Assembly: GCF_000014785.1 (NCBI RefSeq)
Contig: NC_008340.1
Coordinates: 2,610,001 to 2,642,000, forward strand
From: Alkalilimnicola ehrlichii MLHE-1
GTDB lineage: Bacteria > Pseudomonadota > Gammaproteobacteria > Nitrococcales > Halorhodospiraceae
Direction of reading: 5' to 3'
DNA: 32,000 nt
Below are positions 26,715 to 32,000 of this stretch, piece by piece. Position numbers and translations under genes: made by a program. Numbering within the stretch: position 1 is the stretch's first letter; each line of letters begins with the position of its first letter. The notes below the pieces were generated by a model. It saw only the letters and a program-made list of their open reading frames with translations. It had not been told where the DNA came from and searched no databases.

Positions 26715-27237
26715 GCAGCAGGCTGGTCTCAGACCGATCGAGGCGAATGATCTGGAAGTGGTGCGCGGCTGGCGCAATCACCCGAAGGTCAGGGCGTACA
26801 TGTATACCAGGCACGAGATAGGGGCCGAAGAGCACCTGGCCTGGTTCGAACGGGTGCGTCATGACGAATCCCGCCATGCAATGATTTTCGAGATCGATCA
26901 CCAGCCCATTGGGTTTGTACAGTTCTCCGTTGTCGACGTGAAAGCCGGGCGAGCCGACTGGGGCTTCTACCTGGCTCCGGATGCCCCGCGAGGCAGCGGT
27001 TACCAGCTAGGGGAAAGCGCGTTGACGCACGCTTTCGGCCAGCTTTTGCTGCACAAGGTCTGCGGGGAGGCCCTGGCATTCAACGAGCGCTCCATTCGTT
27101 TTCATGAGCGTCTCGGTTTCACGAAAGAAGCCTCGCTGCGAGATCACCACTTTGACGGTGAGACGTACCATGATGTCGTCGGATTCGGTTTGTTGTCCGC
27201 CGAATGGAATGAGAGGAAAGAAGCCAAGTGTCCATGA
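26707..27237 (+). CDS. pseH: GNAT acetyltransferase, PseH-like
   Basis: LRPIEANDLEVVRGWRNHPKVRAYMYTRHEI...RSIRFHERLGFTKEASLRDHHFDG. Lies between pseG and pseI. Confidence 0.88.
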   Translation: MVEQQAGLRPIEANDLEVVRGWRNHPKVRAYMYTRHEIGAEEHLAWFERVRHDESRHAMIFEIDHQPIGFVQFSVVDVKAGRADWGFYLAPDAPRGSGYQLGESALTHAFGQLLLHKVCGEALAFNERSIRFHERLGFTKEASLRDHHFDGETYHDVVGFGLLSAEWNERKEAKCP

Positions 27238-28286
27238 GTGATCCGCACATTGTCATTGACGAGCGCCGCATTGGGGCCGACGAGCTGCCCTACGTGATTG
27301 CTGAACTTTCCGCCAACCACAATGGCAAGCTCGAAACCGCGTTGAAGATAATCGATGAAGCGAAGCAGGCTGGAGCGGATGCCGTCAAGCTGCAGACCTA
27401 TCGCCCGGATACCATCACGCTGGATTGCGACAGCGAGGACTTCCAGATCCATGGTGGTCCGTGGGACGGTCGTACCCTCTACGAGCTGTACGAAGAAGCC
27501 CACATGCCCTGGGAATGGCACAAGCCGCTCTTCGATCATGCCCGCAAGCTGGGCGTCACCATCTTCAGTTCGCCCTTCGACACCACGGCGGTCGACCTGC
27601 TCGAAGACCTTGGCGCACCGGCCTACAAGATCGCCTCCTTCGAGGCCGTCGACCTGCCGCTGATCGAGTACGTCGCCAGCACCGGCAAGCCCATGATCAT
27701 CTCCACCGGCATGGCGGACGCCGAGGAGATCCAGGAAGCCATCGACGCCGCCCGCGGCGCCGGCTGCGAGCAGTTGGCCATCCTCCACTGCGTCAGCGGC
27801 TACCCGGCCCCGGCCGAGGACTACAACCTGCGCACCATCCCGGACATGATCGACCGCTTCGGCCTGGTCACCGGCCTGTCCGACCACACGCTCGACAACA
27901 CCACCGCCATCACCAGCGTCGCTCTGGGTGCCAGCGTGATCGAGAAACACTTCACCCTCGACCGCAACGGCGGCGGCCCCGACGACAGCTTCTCCCTTGA
28001 ACCCCCGGAACTCGCCGCCCTGTGCCGCGACAGCAAGACCGCTTGGCAGGCGCTGGGCAAGGTCGATTACGGCCGCAAGTCCAGTGAGCAGGGTAACGTC
28101 AAGTTTCGGCGGTCGCTCTACTTTGTCAAGGATCTCAAGGCGGGGGATGTCATTACCGAGGATGCGGTAAGGAGTGTGAGGCCGGGGTTCGGGGTTGAGC
28201 CTAAGCATATTAACGACATATTGGGAAGGAAGGTGGTCCGTGATATTAGGCGACGAACCGCAGTCCGAAAAGTTGATATTTCGTGA
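27228..28286 (+). CDS. pseI: Pseudaminic acid synthase
   Basis: YVIAELSANHNGKLETALKIIDEAKQAGADAVKLQTY; ends in an SAF-like domain (RRSLYFVKDLKAGDVITEDAVRSVRPGFG). Confidence 0.93.
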   Translation: MSMSDPHIVIDERRIGADELPYVIAELSANHNGKLETALKIIDEAKQAGADAVKLQTYRPDTITLDCDSEDFQIHGGPWDGRTLYELYEEAHMPWEWHKPLFDHARKLGVTIFSSPFDTTAVDLLEDLGAPAYKIASFEAVDLPLIEYVASTGKPMIISTGMADAEEIQEAIDAARGAGCEQLAILHCVSGYPAPAEDYNLRTIPDMIDRFGLVTGLSDHTLDNTTAITSVALGASVIEKHFTLDRNGGGPDDSFSLEPPELAALCRDSKTAWQALGKVDYGRKSSEQGNVKFRRSLYFVKDLKAGDVITEDAVRSVRPGFGVEPKHINDILGRKVVRDIRRRTAVRKVDIS

Positions 28287-28470
28287 TTTGAGCCACTCTT
28301 ATGACCGCAAACCATTTACAACGTTAGCCAAGGTGCATTTCAAGACACCATATTCCAAGCCTAAGTTTAAAGCGGAAGTTTTAAACGAAATCTCTTTAAA
28401 CACTTCTCTATGCAATCCAGCGACAATGGAACGATCTTTTTAACTCGGCCTAGTGTAATGAGAAAATAAA

Positions 28471-29400
28471 ATGATCGATAGATCGATTTTCGTGTGTGGT
28501 TGTGAGCGCAGTGGCACTACCATGCTAGGTGCCCTTTTGGGAGCGGCTTCCGGCTGTGTAGCCACGCCAGAATCACAGTTTAAGTTTGATGGGATCAATG
28601 CAATAAGCGATGAGCTTGACACTAAAACCATTTATGACCTATTTGTGTCCAGTTATAGATTTAAGTTGTGGCAGGTCGCACCCCCGTCGATTAAAGATAT
28701 AGAAGGAGTAAACTCACTCAAAGGCCTGCTTTTCTTGTTCGTAAAGGAGTATGCCAAGCAGAAAGGAAAGAATTTGGACCGGCTGCACACATGGGTCGAT
28801 CATACTCCAGGCAATATTGATCACATTCAAAGATTATACACAGAATTCCCAAATAGTATGTTTGTTCATGTCATACGGGACGGCCGAGCGGTTACAGCGT
28901 CCATGAAATCACTACGGTGGGGAGCGCGCACGGCATTTGACGGGGCGGATATTTGGCAAAAGAAAGTCGCCCGAGGATTGGCTGCAAGTCACCTCAATCC
29001 AAGCTATGTCTACACCGTTCGATATGAGGATTTGGTTCTTGATCCCGTCCATGAAATGAAAAATCTATGCAGTTTTTTAGGAGTCGACTTTGAAGAAAGG
29101 ATCTTTAGATCTAACTCGTTCGAGGTCCCGGAATACACTCAAAGCCAGCACAAACTGGTCGGTAAAAAACAAGACCCTGACAGAATATCCGCGTGGAGGT
29201 CCGCTTTATCGGCAAGAGAGGTCGAGGTTTTTGAATACCTGACCGGAGATATGTTGTCCTCTTTGGGCTATGAAAAAGTGTTTTCCCGACCTAGGAGGGT
29301 TACATACCCCGAATGGATCCTTTTTCTTATAAAGGCAGCGGAAGGTAAGGTGGCGACTAAGTTATATCAGCGGGGGGCAAGGAAAAAATTCCAGTCCTGA
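28471..29400 (+). CDS. Sulfotransferase-family protein
   Basis: 5' PSB-like motif CGCERSGTTMLGALLG and HVIRDGRAVTASM. Confidence 0.85.
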   Translation: MIDRSIFVCGCERSGTTMLGALLGAASGCVATPESQFKFDGINAISDELDTKTIYDLFVSSYRFKLWQVAPPSIKDIEGVNSLKGLLFLFVKEYAKQKGKNLDRLHTWVDHTPGNIDHIQRLYTEFPNSMFVHVIRDGRAVTASMKSLRWGARTAFDGADIWQKKVARGLAASHLNPSYVYTVRYEDLVLDPVHEMKNLCSFLGVDFEERIFRSNSFEVPEYTQSQHKLVGKKQDPDRISAWRSALSAREVEVFEYLTGDMLSSLGYEKVFSRPRRVTYPEWILFLIKAAEGKVATKLYQRGARKKFQS

Positions 29401-29599
29401 CGACTGATATTTCTTTTTTCACCTAGTTGCTCGTATTCTGGTTCAATCAAGCCTTAGTTTGAGGTCCTTTCGCGAATCGTGTGGGTAACGGGGCCTTACG
29501 GTGGGGGTAGCGGCGAGGTGGGCACCCCCTATATCTTGTGGCGGGACTCAACCAGTGTCGGGTCCCGTGCGGTGGCTGTCAAGGTAGTTGGCACCTGAA

Positions 29600-30658
29600 T
29601 CATGCCGTTTCTAATTGAGCATTGTGACCATGGCACTCACGCTCGGGGTTGAGCCAGACAGCACCCACTGGCTGCCAGTTTCGGGTCCGACCCGGCCAGC
29701 GCCCGGGGTTTTGGACACGTGCCCGCTCGTACTGGCGGGCCCGCCGGGCGAGAATGGCGCGGTCGTCGCCGCTATGCCGCTGCGCGGGGGTGACATAGCG
29801 AATGGCGCTGTGTCGGTGTTCGTGGTTATACCAGCGCTCGAAGCTCAGCACCCACTCGCGGGCCTGGGCCAGGTCCCGGAAGCCGTCCACCGGGTAATCG
29901 GGGCGGTACTTGCAATGGCGGAACAGCGCCTCGGAGAAGGGATTGTCGTCAGATACCTGCGGCCGGCTGTGGGAGCGGATGATCCCGAGTCGTTCCAGGG
30001 TCACGCGCACGGTCGAGCCCTTCATCGCGCTGCCATTGTCGGCGTGCAGGACGAGTGGAGTGCCATGACAGCCTTCCCGCAGCACCGTTCGTTCGATCAG
30101 CCGGGCACTGTTGAGCGCGGTCTCGTTCTCGAAGACCTCCGCGCCCACGATCTTGCGGCTGTAGATGTCGATGATCAGGTACAGATAGAAGTACACGCCG
30201 CGAACGGCCGAGGGGAGGTAGGTGACATCCCACGTCCAAACGGCGTTCGGTTGGTCCGCCCGGTGAGACGCCGGTGCGCCCATCTGGCGCGGCGTCCTTG
30301 CCCGGCCACGCCGGTTCTGCTCGCCGGCATCGCGCAGGATGCGGTAGAACGTCGACTCCGAGGCCAGGTAGCAGTCGTGCTCGTCCAACAACCGCGGCAC
30401 GATCTGCGCTGGCGGCAGGCTGGCATACTCGGGCAGATGGCATGTGGCCAGCACCGCCTGGCGCTCGGCATCACTCAGTGCGTACTGCGGACAAGGCCGG
30501 TGCGCCGTGGGCCGACGGTCCTCACCGCCACGCGACCAACGCCGGTACGTGTTGGGGCCGATCCCCAACACGGCACACGCGGACTTCAGCCGAGCACCGT
30601 CGCGCCGGGCTTCATCGACCAGCCTGATGGCTCGATTGCGATCTGCGGTGCTGGTCAT
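29600..30658 (-). CDS. IS3-family transposase OrfB (DDE integrase domain)
   Basis: WTWDVTYLPS, LHADNGSAMKG, SHSRPQVSDDNPFSEALFRHCKYRPDYP, FERWYNHEHRHSAI. Confidence 0.95.
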   Translation of the reverse strand: MTSTADRNRAIRLVDEARRDGARLKSACAVLGIGPNTYRRWSRGGEDRRPTAHRPCPQYALSDAERQAVLATCHLPEYASLPPAQIVPRLLDEHDCYLASESTFYRILRDAGEQNRRGRARTPRQMGAPASHRADQPNAVWTWDVTYLPSAVRGVYFYLYLIIDIYSRKIVGAEVFENETALNSARLIERTVLREGCHGTPLVLHADNGSAMKGSTVRVTLERLGIIRSHSRPQVSDDNPFSEALFRHCKYRPDYPVDGFRDLAQAREWVLSFERWYNHEHRHSAIRYVTPAQRHSGDDRAILARRARQYERARVQNPGRWPGRTRNWQPVGAVWLNPERECHGHNAQLETA

Positions 30659-31146
30659 TCGTCCTCGTCCCCCCAGATCGCATGGGCTTTTTTTCGCAAC
30701 GTCAGCAAGGCCGCTGTCTCGGCCAGCGCGGCCTCCTTGCGTTTGAGCTCGCGCTGTAGTTTCCGGCTACGCTTGCGCTCCTGCTTGAGGGCATCGCCCT
30801 CGCGCTGGGAGGCGGCCTGGCTCAGGTCGTTGCCTTGTTCGCAGGCCAGCCGCCAACGCCGAACCTGTTCCGGGTACAGGCCTCGTCTGCGGCAGTATTC
30901 GGCGAGCTCCGCCTCCGACAAAGACGCGGTTTCCAGCACCGCATTGAACTTGTCCCGGGAACTCCAGCCCTCCGGGTCACAACCCCCTTCAGGCAGCAAC
31001 TGGCCGCTCTGGCGGGCCTGCTTGCGCCAAAGGTATATCGTTGCCGCCGAGATACCTTCCTCGGCAGCGACCTCCGGGACCGACCGGTTATGTGGCGCCC
31101 GGAGCTTGTTCAACACCGCTTCCTTGCGCTCGGTGGAATACTTCAT
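30655..31146 (-). CDS. IS3-family transposase OrfA (HTH)
   Basis: MKYSTERKEAVLNKLRAPHNRSVPEVAAEEGISAATIYLWRKQAR. Overlaps OrfB by 4 bp. Confidence 0.88.
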   Translation of the reverse strand: MKYSTERKEAVLNKLRAPHNRSVPEVAAEEGISAATIYLWRKQARQSGQLLPEGGCDPEGWSSRDKFNAVLETASLSEAELAEYCRRRGLYPEQVRRWRLACEQGNDLSQAASQREGDALKQERKRSRKLQRELKRKEAALAETAALLTLRKKAHAIWGDEDE

Positions 31147-31266
31147 CGGAACCTCTCTGCGCCCCCCTGTTCAGGTTCAAACTCTAACACCAGGTGAAGT
31201 TCCAACTAGCTTGACAGTGGGGGATGCCTAGAGGCGTCGATGCAATCATCAGGGACCTGACATTTT

Positions 31267-32000
31267 ATGCATTCTAAGAAAAAAACTTTATACATTTTGA
31301 TGGAGCTAAAACGTCGCGAGCTCGAAGGCAAGATGCTCTTGGCGCATGAAGCGGCCGCTCAAGGTTTTCGGGTAATATTAGGGTCGCAGGATTATATTAA
31401 GCGTGCGTTTGAATATGGATTTTTCCCGCCAGGGATTTACATGGATAAGTCCTTGGCAAAGGCAAAGGCACGGGAGCTAAATAAAAGATCGAAGGAAGGG
31501 TGTGTAATCGTATCTCAGGATGAAGAAGGGGGGTTTTTGGATCGAGATTCAGTCAAGTTCGTCAAGTTTCGAAGCTCAGGGGAAACAGTAAGTGCCGCCA
31601 GCGCAATTTTCGCATGGGGTGAATTGGACGCTGATGGCTGGAAATATTGTTATCCCCAGGCGCGCGATAAAATTTTCATCACCGGTTCCCCGCGGGTGGA
31701 CTTCTGGAGGAAAGATTTTGAAAGTTTTTTCTCAAATGATATCGACAGGATTCAAGAAGAATATGGTAGTTTCGTTCTTATTCCCTCGAATTTTTCTCTC
31801 GCGAACCCTCTCGCTATAGAAACGGATCTTCTTGAGCAGGCGAAACAGAGTGGGAGGGTTCAATCTGCTCGTGAAGAACGAGAGTTTTTAAAGCTTATTG
31901 AGGATATCGGAAAGATATTTGACGAATATGTTTCGTTAATAAATTATCTTGCAGACATATTTCCTGAAGTCAACTTCGTTGTCCGTCCGCATCCTTCCGA
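31267..32000 (+). CDS. Surface carbohydrate biosynthesis protein (partial, runs off window)
   Basis: My translation: MHSKKKTLYILMELKRRELEGKMLLAHEAAAQGFRVILGSQDYIKRAFEYGFFPPGIYMDKSLAK...ITGSPRVDFWRK...NFVVRPHPS. Open to the window end and therefore absent from the ORF track. Confidence 0.65.
   Translation, partial: MHSKKKTLYILMELKRRELEGKMLLAHEAAAQGFRVILGSQDYIKRAFEYGFFPPGIYMDKSLAKAKARELNKRSKEGCVIVSQDEEGGFLDRDSVKFVKFRSSGETVSAASAIFAWGELDADGWKYCYPQARDKIFITGSPRVDFWRKDFESFFSNDIDRIQEEYGSFVLIPSNFSLANPLAIETDLLEQAKQSGRVQSAREEREFLKLIEDIGKIFDEYVSLINYLADIFPEVNFVVRPHPS

Larger units (their letters stand above)
29576..31217 (-). mobile_element. Complete IS3-family insertion sequence
   Basis: Terminal imperfect inverted repeats CTGTCAAGGTAGTTGGCAC / CTGTCAAGCTAGTTGGAAC, two overlapping transposase ORFs and a candidate 3-bp duplication TGG (29573-29575, 31218-31220). 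Confidence 0.88.

Noticed and set aside
27144-28208. 354-aa minus-strand ORF
   Set aside because: Antisense to pseI. Shadow ORF from high GC.
28195-28443. 82-aa ORF overlapping the pseI 3' end
   Set aside because: No convincing homology and overlaps a well-supported gene. A weak resemblance to a KpsT-like N-terminus was considered too poor.
29615-31231. 538-aa plus-strand ORF
   Set aside because: Fully antisense to the IS3 transposase genes, whose DDE motifs are clear. GC-rich shadow ORF.

Overview
GC-rich gammaproteobacterial-type window with two parts. Part one (about 1-16.4 kb) is an accessory island of small, separate modules on the + strand: AlbA/HATPase-like protein + ParA-like ATPase, intact hipBA, a unique lipoprotein, decayed glycosyltransferase remnants, an RHH antitoxin/PIN toxin pair, a three-gene mqsR-mqsA-SecB-like (TAC-type) module, a truncated second hipBA, a translationally coupled two-gene unit of unknown function (144 aa + ImmA/IrrE-like protein without a visible HExxH), a beta-CASP/MBL hydrolase, and an AAA ATPase + internally deleted DUF4276-like partner. 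Most of these modules are separated by arrays of one imperfect-hairpin repeat (about 82 bp unit, about 94 bp tandem period) plus tandem fragments of its ends. Two modules are bracketed by specific direct repeats (108 bp around the PIN module, 46 bp around the AAA/DUF4276 module). Part two (about 16.6-32 kb) is a polysaccharide locus: EPS-associated MarR-like regulator, rfbBDAC, ABC exporter, complete pseudaminic acid pathway (pseB,C,F,G,H,I), sulfotransferase, an intact IS3-family element and a partial surface-carbohydrate gene in lower-GC DNA. The most notable items are the repeat-bracketed cassette architecture, the MqsRAC-like module with an antitoxin C-terminal extension, and the unknown two-gene unit. 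All family calls are from motif recognition only; no searches were run.
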